A DNA stretch of 35,154 nt from Thermoplasmatota archaeon. GTDB lineage: Archaea > Thermoplasmatota > Penumbrarchaeia > Penumbrarchaeales > Penumbrarchaeaceae. The notes beneath the pieces were generated by a model that saw only the letters and a list, made by a program, of their open reading frames with translations, had not been told where the DNA came from and made no database searches. Positions 8,736 through 18,613 of this stretch are shown here, in pieces. The first letter of the stretch is position 1; the number at the start of each line of letters is the position of its first letter. The translations under genes and the position numbers were made by a program. Where the stretch lies: the NCBI GenBank assembly GCA_029762535.1, contig JARVGK010000013.1:40984-76137 (forward strand), read 5' to 3'.

Positions 8736-9566
8736 ATGAAGGAAGGCGATTTCGTCAGGATGGAATACGATGCTTTCGTGAAGGAGACAGGCCAGCTGGT
8801 CGATACGACCCACGAGGAGGTCGCAAAGGAGCATGACCTATACAACGAGAGGGCGAGATACGCCCCGATAACGGTCATCGTTGGCGCGGCCCAGGTCATA
8901 AAAGGCCTCGACCAGGACCTTCTGCAGGCGGAGATAGGTAAGGAGAGGGAGGTCGAGATAGACCAGAAGGACGCCTACGGCGAGAGGGACCCCAAGCTTG
9001 TGGAGGTCCTGCCGATGCAGAAGGTACTTTCCCTGCCCGAGTTCAGAAAGGGTGACAGATATCCTACCGAGGGGATGGAGATACAGCTCAACAACAGGGT
9101 CGGGACCATATCCAGGATATTCGCGGGAAGGGTCCGCGTGGACTTCAACAACCGCTGGGCGGGGAAGACCCTGGTCTACAAGTATACTGTAAACTCCTCC
9201 ATAGACGATGTTGAAGAGAGGATAATGGGTATAATAGAATCCGATTTCGGAAGGTCTGACGAATTCCTTGTCGCCCTCGAAGGCGAGGAGCAGGTGGATA
9301 TCGTGCTTCCGGACATGGTGAAGCTCGATTCTTCCTGGATGATGACCAAGTTCAGGCTGGTCTCGGACATGAGGAAATACCTCGGATTCAAGAAGATCAG
9401 GTTCATAGAGGAATATGTCAAGAAGGACGATGCCGAGCATGATCATGACCACGATCATGATCACGACCACGACCATGATGAGGGGTCAGGTGACGAGGCT
9501 TCCGAAACCGAGGCGAAAAATGAACCCGAAATTTCAGAGCCGCCCGAGAAGGAAGCCCAGAACTGA
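8736..9566 (+). CDS. Long-type archaeal FKBP peptidyl-prolyl isomerase/chaperone (SlyD-like) with a His-Asp tail
   Basis: Motifs MKEGDFVR.EY, DTT, VGAAQVIKGLD, AYGERDP and RVRVDFNN..AGKTL.Y, then the archaeal C-domain and (HD)7. AGGTG lies upstream of ATG 8736. Confidence 0.92.
   Translation: MKEGDFVRMEYDAFVKETGQLVDTTHEEVAKEHDLYNERARYAPITVIVGAAQVIKGLDQDLLQAEIGKEREVEIDQKDAYGERDPKLVEVLPMQKVLSLPEFRKGDRYPTEGMEIQLNNRVGTISRIFAGRVRVDFNNRWAGKTLVYKYTVNSSIDDVEERIMGIIESDFGRSDEFLVALEGEEQVDIVLPDMVKLDSSWMMTKFRLVSDMRKYLGFKKIRFIEEYVKKDDAEHDHDHDHDHDHDHDEGSGDEASETEAKNEPEISEPPEKEAQN
9438..9479 (+). repeat. (CAY GAY)7 coding repeat = (His-Asp)7
   Basis: CAT GAT CAT GAC CAC GAT CAT GAT CAC GAC CAC GAC CAT GAT. 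Confidence 0.95.
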
Positions 9567-9582
9567 ACCGATCCCGTTCGAT

Positions 9583-9621
9583 GCATAGACGCGGCCGCTG
9601 CCGCGCTATCATGCCTCTTTT
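9583..9621 (+). terminator. Hairpin plus T tract after the FKBP gene
   Basis: CGCGGC (9590-9595) pairs with GCCGCG (9600-9605), extended by ATAG/CTAT and followed by CTCTTTT. Confidence 0.4.
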
Positions 9622-9632
9622 ACACAATTCAG

Positions 9633-9646
9633 CGAAAGTATTAAAC
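9633..9646 (+). promoter_or_regulatory. BRE/TATA-like promoter of the large surface-protein gene
   Basis: CGAAAG-TATTAAAC, with an SD-like AGGTGA at 9699-9704 before ATG 9711. Confidence 0.5.
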
Positions 9647-9710
9647 TTGTTATGGGTGCTCTTCAGGAGCCTTGGGACCTTTGGATAGGCCCCGGCCCAG
9701 GTGATACTAA

Positions 9711-12700
9711 ATGGGAGACCCTGAACGCGCGAAGCCGTTATCAATACCCAGGACCGCTTCGGTATTGGTCCTTGCATTATTGATGTCCGTATCGATCCTG
9801 TTCACCGGTGCCGAAGGGGCTGTGACGACGGGAGCGGTATCCTCGCTCACGATAAGCGGCCAGAGGATACACGAGAACTCCACCGCAATGCCCGTTTTCG
9901 GGATCGGGGCCGTGTCATCGACAGGCCTGGACACGATAGATAGGGTGAACGTGACCCTGGTGAACCAGGGGGGCTTCGTCCTTTCGGACCTGGCCCCACC
10001 GTCCGCCAACGCCTCGATATCCGGAGTCGCCATTTACCGCGACGACGGCGATGTCGATGATGATCTCGACCGGGGAGATACTCCGATGCACCTCTCCTCC
10101 ATTGGAAGGGTCGGAAGCACTTACATGCTCAACCTCTCCTCGGAGAGCGTACCTACCTCTCAGACGGGATCGTTCACATGGATAGTGGTCGTTCGGACCT
10201 CCGCCACCATTGGTCCGACCGATGCGTTCCAGGTCAGGATCGAGTCTGCCGGGGTTCTGTACTCGGACGGATCGACCTCGCCCTCCAGCGCCAGGACAAC
10301 AGACACCATCACCTGCTACAGGTCGTACGCCCTTCCGATCGGCGAGGGCAGCCTGATCCCGATCGGTGAGCATGGAGTGGAGATCTCCTCGAGAGCCCTC
10401 ATCGGGTTCTCGATCATTTCACCCACAGGGACCTCGCTTACGCTCGAGGGTCTGGATATGGTCTTGGGGAACATATCCGGATTCGATCCCGATGTGGACC
10501 TTCTCTCCGGCGAAGGCATCAGCGTGTATGCGGACGACGGTCCTGGCTCCAACGATGTCTGGGATCCTCTGAACGATACGAAGCTCACCCAGCTCTCCTC
10601 TAACGTAACGGATATCGGGGGGGGCCTTTACAGGGCCTCCATAATCTTCCACCACAGCGGTGCGAACGCGTACACGCTGCCCTCGTCATCAAGTGCGGGG
10701 ATCGTAGGCTTCATCGTTATCAGCGCGTCGGAGAACATCGGGAACAGGGACAGGTTCAACCTGACCCTGAAGAATTGGGGAATGAACGTCAGGGGCGATG
10801 ATAACGAGACGAGGGGGTGCCTGCCCCAGGATGCGATCTCAAGGACCGTGCAGGCCGATACGCTGCCTCCCGACCTTGAAGGGGCGATTCTCACAGTCAC
10901 ATCTGATTCCATCCATTTTCTGGACAATGATACCGACCTTCAGGGCAGAGATTCCATATTCTTCAACAGCGCCTCTGGAGAGGGTTCAGGGCAAACGATA
11001 CGCGTTCGTTTTCGCGGCTACAACGAGGATTTCCCGGACGAGCTGAGGGGCGAGCCCGCCTTCAATCAGAGGCCGAACGGACCTGTGGACGGGACCGACT
11101 CCACGGACCAGACCGTCGCATACACCATCACATCCGGCAACTACGCGGACAACCCTGTGACCTTCACCTTGAAGGACAAGGTAGGCCACACCACGACCTG
11201 GGATATACATATGATAGAGGACAACGTGAAACCCGTCGTAACGGACCTCGACATCTCCTCCTCTTCGGAATACATCCACGGGGATGCGAGGGGGGAGAAG
11301 GTCTATTTCAGGACGCTCATGTCATCTTTGCAATACTTCCACATCACCGGAAACTCCAGCGACCCGTCGGGAGGATCGGGCCTTCAGAAGGTCGAATTCT
11401 CCATCGAGAACGATCTGTATTCCTCGCCCCCCACCGATCACACACCCGGGTCGTTCAATGGCTCCTACGGGGTCAGCTCTTCCTCGCGGTCCAGCGACGG
11501 CATCCTGCACGTTGACGTCTACGATAAGGTCAACAACAGGGCCCGCACCACTATACAATATATCAGGGTCACAACTTACCCATTCATCTCCGTGCTGCGT
11601 CCGGAGGATCCAGGCGAGAACGTCTCCGGGACATACAGGCTGATAGCCGAAGTATCGGGTCCTGCCCCCTTAAGGGATGTCTCCTTTTCCTCGGACAGCG
11701 GGTCATCCTACAGGGAGATGTCCTATTATGGACCAGGCACTTTCGGCGATATATACATATCCGATTGGAGCACCGTATCCTCCCCGGAGGGTCCGCTGGC
11801 GCTAAGGTTCAGGGCGAGGGACCTCATAGGCGGCGATGAATACAACCTCACCTGGGTGAACGTGGATAACTACCCCCTCACCGGAAGGATAGATCTCCCG
11901 GTGGACGGATCAGCAGTATCCGGGGAGATCGACGTTAGGCTTGCGGTCTCCAGCTTCTGCACCTCGCTGAAGCTTTACCTCGGCAGCTCGCTGATAGCGT
12001 CAAGGACCGGTCCCTTTTCGGGAGGGGTCGTCACCATATCGCTGAATACCGCGCTTTCAAATGATGGGGTGCACCTTCTCAAGGCATACTTCTACGGATT
12101 CGGGGGCGAGGAGATCGAGAGTGTCACACAGGTAACCATAGACAACACCCCGCCCACCCTGTCCTCGTTCGATATAGTCTTCCCCAAGGGGAGATCCGCT
12201 GCCAACGTAGGCGACAGGATAAGGATACGGGCCGAGATCTCCGATGTCGGCAGCGGGCTCATGGACACTTACGCGGTCGCGAACTCGATCGGAGGGTCGG
12301 TCTTCGAGAGGCTTTACGATGATGGCGAGCACGGGGATGGCTCCCACGGCGATGGGCTATTCTCGACGTCCGAGATCGCTGTCGATGCGGCATGGGCCTA
12401 TCACAGGGTCCAGCTCATGGTCAGGGACAGGGCCGGGAACCTGGTCAATAGGACCATGCTCGTTGCCGTTGACCCGAATCCACCACTTATCGAGGATTCC
12501 TGGGTATCGTATCCCGATGGCAACACGGCTTCGAAGACAGGGGATAAGGTACAGGTCTTCGCCCAAGCATCGGATAATACGGCCCCGATCTACGTGACGC
12601 TGGTCCTTGATAATTCCGGATCCATGAGAGGCGAGAAGATGTCTGCCCTCAAGGTGGCCGCTCAGGCTTTCGTGAATCAGACGCGAGACTTCGACTATCT

Positions 12701-15700
12701 CTCCATATACAGGTTCTCCTCAGGGACGATGGGTTTTCCTCCGGGGGAGCCGGTGCGCATACTCAACTTCACACTGATGAACGATACGGGCAAGGAGGAG
12801 GCCAGAAAGCTGGTCAGAGGCCTCATTGCGAACTCCCCCACGCCTATATGGGACACGATCGGAGAGGCGATAAGCTACACCCTGAACGACGGGCGGTCCT
12901 ACCCTGTTGTGGTGGCCTTCACCGACGGAGCGGACGATTACAATTCGGACACGTTGTTCGAGGAGGGGTCCGGCCACTACTGTCCCTGGCATGAATGGGG
13001 GACCAACAAGACCTATGCACGACATCTGGGAAAATACCACTACAACGGCGGAGCCCTGTATCCTGCGGGCAATTATTGGATATACAACGATCTGGACGTG
13101 AACTACAGGACCCGAAAAGGACTTCTCTATTCTCCCATCCCAGTTTACACCATCGGTTTGGGCCTGGAACACCACGATCCCCCCAACAAACCTGAGAGGA
13201 CCGCCGCGCCTTCGAACTTCGCCCAGGATTCGACGGCATACTACCCGGGAGGGGACGAATCCGGTACCACTGAATACAACCTCTGGAGGATAGCGACAAC
13301 GTCCGCCGGGGGTACATACTCCTACGCCCCATCCGAAACCCAGCTGGCGGTCATTTTCAGGAACCTCGCATCATCGATCTTCAATACCGAGAACCCCTCC
13401 CGCATCGACAAGCTGATCGCAACGCTTCCCTTCGGCACCACAATGGAGGTCGAGCTATTCGATGACGGTCTGCACGGGGACGATCTGGCCGGCGACGGAT
13501 TGTATGCGAGCATGCCCCTATCCGTTCCCTACATCAAAGAAGGCCCCTCAACGGTCTTCCTCCAGGTGATAGACTGGGCCGGGAACGTGGGTTTTGGTGA
13601 GGCCACCATGATCGTAGACAACACCCCGCCGATCGTTTTCAACGTCACCCTGTATTACCCGGTGGGAGCTTACTCGGTGGCCGACGGGGAGATCTTCCAT
13701 TTGACCCTTGAGGCGAGAGATCCACTTTCAGGTGTCATGACCGCCTCCGCCGAAGGGACAGACCTCGGCATCCTGAATATCATAAGTTTGAAAGACGACG
13801 GTACCGGGAACGATGCCTTCGCAGGTGACGGCATATACTCATCGGGCAATTTGACGCCTTCGACGGGATCGAACCCTGCCGGATTCAGGTCCCTGGAGAT
13901 CGATGTCAGGGACGGTGCCGGGAATCCCAACAGGATACGTTACCACGTGAGGGTGGTCAACGACAGGGAGGCCCCTCTCGTGGAGATGATCAACCCCTCC
14001 TCCGTCCCGTTCCTGTCGGGATACGATACCATAAAGGCCCTGGTCGTGGACGACGGTGAGATACAGGCCGTCAGGTATTATCTTAAGGATCCCTCTGGCG
14101 TCATGGTGAAGCAGGGCATCATGCGCTCGGCAGGGGGAGATAACTACGAGGCCCCCGTAGACCTGTTCTCGCTGCAGGAAGCGTACCATACCCTTGAGGT
14201 CGTTGCGACCGACACATCAGGGAGACAGGGTTCCACTGGCGAGTTCCCCGTGGGGATCGATAAGTATCCCCCGGAATTCCAGCTGCTGGAGCCCTTCAAC
14301 AGGAGCGCCATCTCGGGCGTGGCATCGTTCAGGTTCACTGCCAGCGATCCCTTCCTGGACGGCGTGTTCTACTCCATTGACGGGGGTCCATCCATCAGGG
14401 TCGAGGACGAACTGGACACACGTTTGTATTCCCAGGGCATACACAACGTCAGGGTATTCGCGAGGGACCTCTCGGGCAAGACCAGATCGTACGATCTCAT
14501 CCTCTATTTCGACAACTCCGATCCGGAGGTGACCCTGATCCAGCCGGTCGCGGACCAGTTCATAGGCGCAGGTCAGCAGTTCGTTGTAAAGGCGTTCGAC
14601 GGCGGGGGATTGGGTTACGCCAGGATATACCTGTATCCATGGGGGCCGAGGAATGGACCTGTACCTCCTCAGGATTACGAGAGTCCGGTCCACTCTCAGT
14701 TCCTGGCCGGGCCGGAACAGGACGGTATCGTCCTCGCATCGGATTTCAAAGGCCTCCTGGGAGAGGACATCGGCCCGGACGGAAGGTATCTCCTTGTGGC
14801 CGAGGTCGTGGACCGCTCGGGAAGGTCCGGTTTCGCATACATCTCGGTATATCTGGACGATTCACCCCCGATAATTGCGGTCCTTGAACCCCGGGAAGGG
14901 CAGAGGCTTGAGGGATCGATAACGCCCAATATCGTCGCGACCGATGGCAACCTCAACGAGGTCCACGTCCTGTTCAGGGGCAGGAGGTACGAGCCGGACC
15001 GGCCTATAGACCTCACCGGGATCCCCGAGGGAGCTTACACGTTCAGCGTCGTGGCCTCGGACATGGCCGGGAGGTCCACCAGGTTGGACAGAGAGGTGTT
15101 CATAGACAGCGTACCTCCCAGGATAAGCGTCATGTCGCCGGGGGGCGGAATGACCTTCAGGGACACGATGAGCGTGGTGGCCCTACTAGAGGACGGTTCC
15201 GGCATAAAGTTGGCGACGCTGATCGTTGACGGCTTCGAGATGGTCACCGGATCCCCTATGGGATACGACGGCCTCTACGTCTTCACGCTCGATCTGGGCC
15301 CCATGAACATGTCCCTGCACCGCTTCCGAGTTCGGGCCGTCGACAGGGCCGGGCTGGTTTCGTATTCGGTGAACACTACATTCTTCAACAGGATGTGGGA
15401 TTCCGACGGCGACGGTGTTCTGGACCCCTACGACGACGAGCCGTTCAACCCTCTCGTGCATGGAGATCTCGACGGCGACGGCTTCGGATCACTCTACGAC
15501 GATGACGATGACGGGGACGGAGTGCCCGACATACTGGAGCCCCCTTACATGTCCTTGTATCCAGACGGCACCCCAAAGGGCGTCCCGTTCTCGTTGGACC
15601 CGACCGAGTGGAAGGACACGGACGGCGACGGGATCGGTGACAATTCCGACCCTGACATAGACGGCGACGGCGTCCCGAACGAGCTCGACGCCTTCCCCTA

Positions 15701-16331
15701 CGACCCAACGGAGTGGAGGGACACGGACGGCGACGGGATCGGTGACAATTCTGACCCTGACATGGACGGCGACGGCATCCCGAACGAGCTCGACACCTTC
15801 CCTTACGACCCAACGGAGTGGAGGGACACGGACGGCGACGGGACCGGTGACAATTCTGACCCTGACATAGACGGCGACGGCGTGATGAACGAGAATGACC
15901 ATTTCCCCTACAACAGGAAGAGGCATTTCTACTGGGAGCCATATATATTCTCCGCGTTCATAGTCCTGATGTGCACGATCGTATTGTTCGTCGGGCTCGT
16001 CTTCAAGACCAGAATATCGGGATCCTTCGATAGGTCATGGGATGAGGGTGCGCTTTACAGGTTGAGGGGGTCGATCAAGGAGCGCATATCGCGGAACAAG
16101 CCCCCCCAAGGTCCGCCAGACGGCCCGAAGAGGCCCGGGGTCGGAAAGCCCCCAAGGGTGGCGGGTCCGGGCACTGAGGAGCGGCCCCCTCCATCCAAAA
16201 GGAAGGGGCCCCCAGTAAGGGAGAGGAAGGCTCCTTCCTCACGAAAGGGCAAAAATGAGGACCTGCAGGAATTCGAGGAATACAAAGAGGAGCAGGTGGG
16301 GTCCCACAGGGTCAGATGGTCCTCCCGGTGA
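9711..16331 (+). CDS. 2206-aa cell-surface adhesin-like protein: Ig-like repeats, three choice-of-anchor-X-like domains, VWA domain, TSP3-like Ca-binding repeats, TM helix and Pro/Lys-rich tail
   Basis: Signal peptide; repeated DNTPP...D.AG Ig units; L.DDG..GD...GDG.Y/F three times; VWA motifs DNSGS...TP...FTDG; DTDGDGIGDNSDPD repeats; TM helix near the C-terminus. The 3' end overlaps the serS 3' end by 20 nt. Confidence 0.92.
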   Translation: MGDPERAKPLSIPRTASVLVLALLMSVSILFTGAEGAVTTGAVSSLTISGQRIHENSTAMPVFGIGAVSSTGLDTIDRVNVTLVNQGGFVLSDLAPPSANASISGVAIYRDDGDVDDDLDRGDTPMHLSSIGRVGSTYMLNLSSESVPTSQTGSFTWIVVVRTSATIGPTDAFQVRIESAGVLYSDGSTSPSSARTTDTITCYRSYALPIGEGSLIPIGEHGVEISSRALIGFSIISPTGTSLTLEGLDMVLGNISGFDPDVDLLSGEGISVYADDGPGSNDVWDPLNDTKLTQLSSNVTDIGGGLYRASIIFHHSGANAYTLPSSSSAGIVGFIVISASENIGNRDRFNLTLKNWGMNVRGDDNETRGCLPQDAISRTVQADTLPPDLEGAILTVTSDSIHFLDNDTDLQGRDSIFFNSASGEGSGQTIRVRFRGYNEDFPDELRGEPAFNQRPNGPVDGTDSTDQTVAYTITSGNYADNPVTFTLKDKVGHTTTWDIHMIEDNVKPVVTDLDISSSSEYIHGDARGEKVYFRTLMSSLQYFHITGNSSDPSGGSGLQKVEFSIENDLYSSPPTDHTPGSFNGSYGVSSSSRSSDGILHVDVYDKVNNRARTTIQYIRVTTYPFISVLRPEDPGENVSGTYRLIAEVSGPAPLRDVSFSSDSGSSYREMSYYGPGTFGDIYISDWSTVSSPEGPLALRFRARDLIGGDEYNLTWVNVDNYPLTGRIDLPVDGSAVSGEIDVRLAVSSFCTSLKLYLGSSLIASRTGPFSGGVVTISLNTALSNDGVHLLKAYFYGFGGEEIESVTQVTIDNTPPTLSSFDIVFPKGRSAANVGDRIRIRAEISDVGSGLMDTYAVANSIGGSVFERLYDDGEHGDGSHGDGLFSTSEIAVDAAWAYHRVQLMVRDRAGNLVNRTMLVAVDPNPPLIEDSWVSYPDGNTASKTGDKVQVFAQASDNTAPIYVTLVLDNSGSMRGEKMSALKVAAQAFVNQTRDFDYLSIYRFSSGTMGFPPGEPVRILNFTLMNDTGKEEARKLVRGLIANSPTPIWDTIGEAISYTLNDGRSYPVVVAFTDGADDYNSDTLFEEGSGHYCPWHEWGTNKTYARHLGKYHYNGGALYPAGNYWIYNDLDVNYRTRKGLLYSPIPVYTIGLGLEHHDPPNKPERTAAPSNFAQDSTAYYPGGDESGTTEYNLWRIATTSAGGTYSYAPSETQLAVIFRNLASSIFNTENPSRIDKLIATLPFGTTMEVELFDDGLHGDDLAGDGLYASMPLSVPYIKEGPSTVFLQVIDWAGNVGFGEATMIVDNTPPIVFNVTLYYPVGAYSVADGEIFHLTLEARDPLSGVMTASAEGTDLGILNIISLKDDGTGNDAFAGDGIYSSGNLTPSTGSNPAGFRSLEIDVRDGAGNPNRIRYHVRVVNDREAPLVEMINPSSVPFLSGYDTIKALVVDDGEIQAVRYYLKDPSGVMVKQGIMRSAGGDNYEAPVDLFSLQEAYHTLEVVATDTSGRQGSTGEFPVGIDKYPPEFQLLEPFNRSAISGVASFRFTASDPFLDGVFYSIDGGPSIRVEDELDTRLYSQGIHNVRVFARDLSGKTRSYDLILYFDNSDPEVTLIQPVADQFIGAGQQFVVKAFDGGGLGYARIYLYPWGPRNGPVPPQDYESPVHSQFLAGPEQDGIVLASDFKGLLGEDIGPDGRYLLVAEVVDRSGRSGFAYISVYLDDSPPIIAVLEPREGQRLEGSITPNIVATDGNLNEVHVLFRGRRYEPDRPIDLTGIPEGAYTFSVVASDMAGRSTRLDREVFIDSVPPRISVMSPGGGMTFRDTMSVVALLEDGSGIKLATLIVDGFEMVTGSPMGYDGLYVFTLDLGPMNMSLHRFRVRAVDRAGLVSYSVNTTFFNRMWDSDGDGVLDPYDDEPFNPLVHGDLDGDGFGSLYDDDDDGDGVPDILEPPYMSLYPDGTPKGVPFSLDPTEWKDTDGDGIGDNSDPDIDGDGVPNELDAFPYDPTEWRDTDGDGIGDNSDPDMDGDGIPNELDTFPYDPTEWRDTDGDGTGDNSDPDIDGDGVMNENDHFPYNRKRHFYWEPYIFSAFIVLMCTIVLFVGLVFKTRISGSFDRSWDEGALYRLRGSIKERISRNKPPQGPPDGPKRPGVGKPPRVAGPGTEERPPPSKRKGPPVRERKAPSSRKGKNEDLQEFEEYKEEQVGSHRVRWSSR
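15597..15911 (+). repeat. Three tandem near-identical 105-bp in-frame repeats (35-aa TSP3-like units)
   Basis: Units start at 15597, 15702 and 15807, each encoding DPTEW(K/R)DTDGDG.GDNSDPD.DGDG..NE.D.FPY. Confidence 0.95.
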
Positions 16332-17595
16332 GAGGTTCGATCCTCTCGGCCCCTCCCATATAGGGCCTCAAGGCCTCCGGAACGGCAAAACCTCCTTCTT
16401 CCGTCTGATAGTTCTCCATGATGGCTACCATTGTCCTTCCGATGGCCAGCCCCGAACCGTTGAGGGTATGGACGAACTCCGAGGGCAGATGCGGCTGCCT
16501 CCTGAACTTAATTGCCGATCTCCTCGCCTGGAAATCTGTGAACAGGGAGCATGAGGACACCTCCATCCATCGGTCGTTATAAGGGCAGTGCACTTCCAGG
16601 TCATAGGTCTTCGCGGATGAGAACGTCATGTCCCCGGTGCATAGCAGGACCTTTCTGTGAGGCAGATCGAGCCTTCTGAGCACCTCGGAGGCGTCATCCG
16701 TCAGTTTTTCAAGCTCCAAGGCGGAGTTTTCCGGGTCTACGATCGACACGAGCTCTACCTTGGAGAACTGATGGACCCTGATCATGCCCTCCTCCCCCGT
16801 ATGCCTTCCCGCCTCCCTCCTGAAGCAGGGGCTGAAGGCCTGGTACCTCAGCGGCATGTCATCGAGGTCGAGTATCTCCTCTCTGTTCATATTCGTGAGT
16901 GTGACCTCCGCTGTTGGGATCATGTAAAGGTCGTCAGATGGGATGCGGTACATGTCGTCCTCGAACTTCGGCAGCTGCCCGGTCCCGAGCATGGATGAGG
17001 AATTGGCCAGTGCCGGGGCCCAGATCTCGGTATAACCCTGGGTCGTATGTATGTCCATCATCAGATTGATGAGGGCCCTCTCCATCCTGGCCAGCTTGTC
17101 CCTCAATATATAGAACCCCGATCCCGTGACCTTGGCGCCCCTCTCCATATCGAGCATCTTCAGGGCGGAACCTATCTCGACATGCCCTTTTGGATGGAAA
17201 GGCGGGGTTCTTTTTTCCCCCCACGTGCTCACGACCTGGTTCGATGATGCGTCCTCCCCGACGGGAACATCGTTCAGGGGCATGTTGGGTATGTAGAGCC
17301 TGATCTCGTTCCTGAGCGAATCAAGCCTGGTCGATTCATCGTCCAGGTCCTTGAGCCTCAGGTTCAGGTCCTTCATCCGGGCGACCAGCTCCGCCTTCTT
17401 ATTGGCATCCTTCTCATTGGGGATCTCCCTTGCCACCAGGTTCTTTCTATGCTTGAGGCCGTTCACTTCCTCGACGATGGACCTGAAAGAGGCATCGGCC
17501 TCCAGGAAGCCGTCGAGGTCCGCCTGCACACATCTGTTCTCCAGCGATCTCCTCACCAGGTCCGGGTTCTCCCTTATGAACTTGATATCGAGCAA
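16312..17595 (-). CDS. serS: Serine--tRNA ligase (standard type)
   Basis: MLDIKFIREN start (TTG), N-terminal coiled coil, and motifs GTGQLPKF, IPTAEV, CFRREAG, RVHQFSKVE, EVSSCS and HTLNGSGLA.GR. Confidence 0.98.
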   Translation of the reverse strand: MLDIKFIRENPDLVRRSLENRCVQADLDGFLEADASFRSIVEEVNGLKHRKNLVAREIPNEKDANKKAELVARMKDLNLRLKDLDDESTRLDSLRNEIRLYIPNMPLNDVPVGEDASSNQVVSTWGEKRTPPFHPKGHVEIGSALKMLDMERGAKVTGSGFYILRDKLARMERALINLMMDIHTTQGYTEIWAPALANSSSMLGTGQLPKFEDDMYRIPSDDLYMIPTAEVTLTNMNREEILDLDDMPLRYQAFSPCFRREAGRHTGEEGMIRVHQFSKVELVSIVDPENSALELEKLTDDASEVLRRLDLPHRKVLLCTGDMTFSSAKTYDLEVHCPYNDRWMEVSSCSLFTDFQARRSAIKFRRQPHLPSEFVHTLNGSGLAIGRTMVAIMENYQTEEGGFAVPEALRPYMGGAERIEPLTGRTI

Positions 17596-17694
17596 GAACT
17601 ATCAGCTCCCGGTAACGCATAATGGATTCATTAGATATAATTTCCCGGATATCCGGAGCAAATCTTTATTAAATCTCCCCCAATGCACCCGGAC

Positions 17695-18606
17695 ATGGAC
17701 GTCATGTCCGCGGTTCAGCGCAGGATAAGGGACCTTGCAATGGAGAAGGACGTACTCATCCTTGCCCATAACTACCAGGTACCCGAGGTCCAGGACATAG
17801 CTGACATCGTGGGAGACTCCCTGGTTCTCGCCCTCAAGGCCAGGGATTCCAAGATGTCGAACATATTGCTCGCTGGGGTGGATTTCATGGCGGAGACGGC
17901 CAAGACCGTCAACCCCCAAAGAAGGGTCATACATCCCGTGCCCGGAGCCACCTGCCCTATGGCCAACATGATAGATGTCGATTCGCTCGCGGACCTTCGA
18001 AAGCGTCATCCGAATGCTCCAGTGGTAGCCTATGTCAACACGACTGCAGAGGTGAAGGCCGTCTCCGACGTCTGCTGTACGTCGGCGAACGCCGTGCAGG
18101 TCGTTTCATCCCTTGACGAGGAAGAAGTCATATTCATCCCCGACTCGAACCTGGGACAGTATGTCCAGTCGATGCTTCCCGGGAAACGCATTGTGATCTG
18201 GCCAGGCCACTGTCATGTCCATACTGGGATCACTGTCGATGACATCAAGCGCCTGAAGGCAGCCCATCCCGGGTCAAGGACCGTCGTGCACCCCGAGTGT
18301 CCCATGGACGTTATAGAGATATCCGACAGGGTCGCTTCCACCGAGGGGATGCTCAAGTATGCCCTCGAGGACGGATCCATCGAGTTCATTGTCGGGACCG
18401 AGGAGGGATTGGTCCACAGGATGAGGAAAGAGATACCTGGCAAGATATTCCATCCGATATCCGGGGCGGTATGTCCGAACATGAAGAAGATCGGCCTGGA
18501 GGACATACTCCGCTCGCTTGAGACCATGTCTCCCACCGTCGAGATGGATGACGAAGTGATAGATGGCAACAGGAGATGCCTGGAGCGAATGTTCGAGGCC
18601 TTATGA
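17695..18606 (+). CDS. nadA: Quinolinate synthase A
   Basis: LAHNYQ, GDSL.L, FMAETAK, YVNTTAEVKA and HPEC, with three Fe-S cysteines (CPMA, CHVH, CPNM). A TATA-like TTTATTAAA at 17665-17673 favours the start at 17695. Confidence 0.97.
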   Translation: MDVMSAVQRRIRDLAMEKDVLILAHNYQVPEVQDIADIVGDSLVLALKARDSKMSNILLAGVDFMAETAKTVNPQRRVIHPVPGATCPMANMIDVDSLADLRKRHPNAPVVAYVNTTAEVKAVSDVCCTSANAVQVVSSLDEEEVIFIPDSNLGQYVQSMLPGKRIVIWPGHCHVHTGITVDDIKRLKAAHPGSRTVVHPECPMDVIEISDRVASTEGMLKYALEDGSIEFIVGTEEGLVHRMRKEIPGKIFHPISGAVCPNMKKIGLEDILRSLETMSPTVEMDDEVIDGNRRCLERMFEAL

Positions 18607-18613
18607 TCCGATA

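Noticed and set aside
15597-15911. Regular repeats as a possible CRISPR array or DGR template/variable pair
   Set aside because: The units are contiguous in-frame coding repeats with no unique spacers. No cas or reverse transcriptase gene is present in the window.
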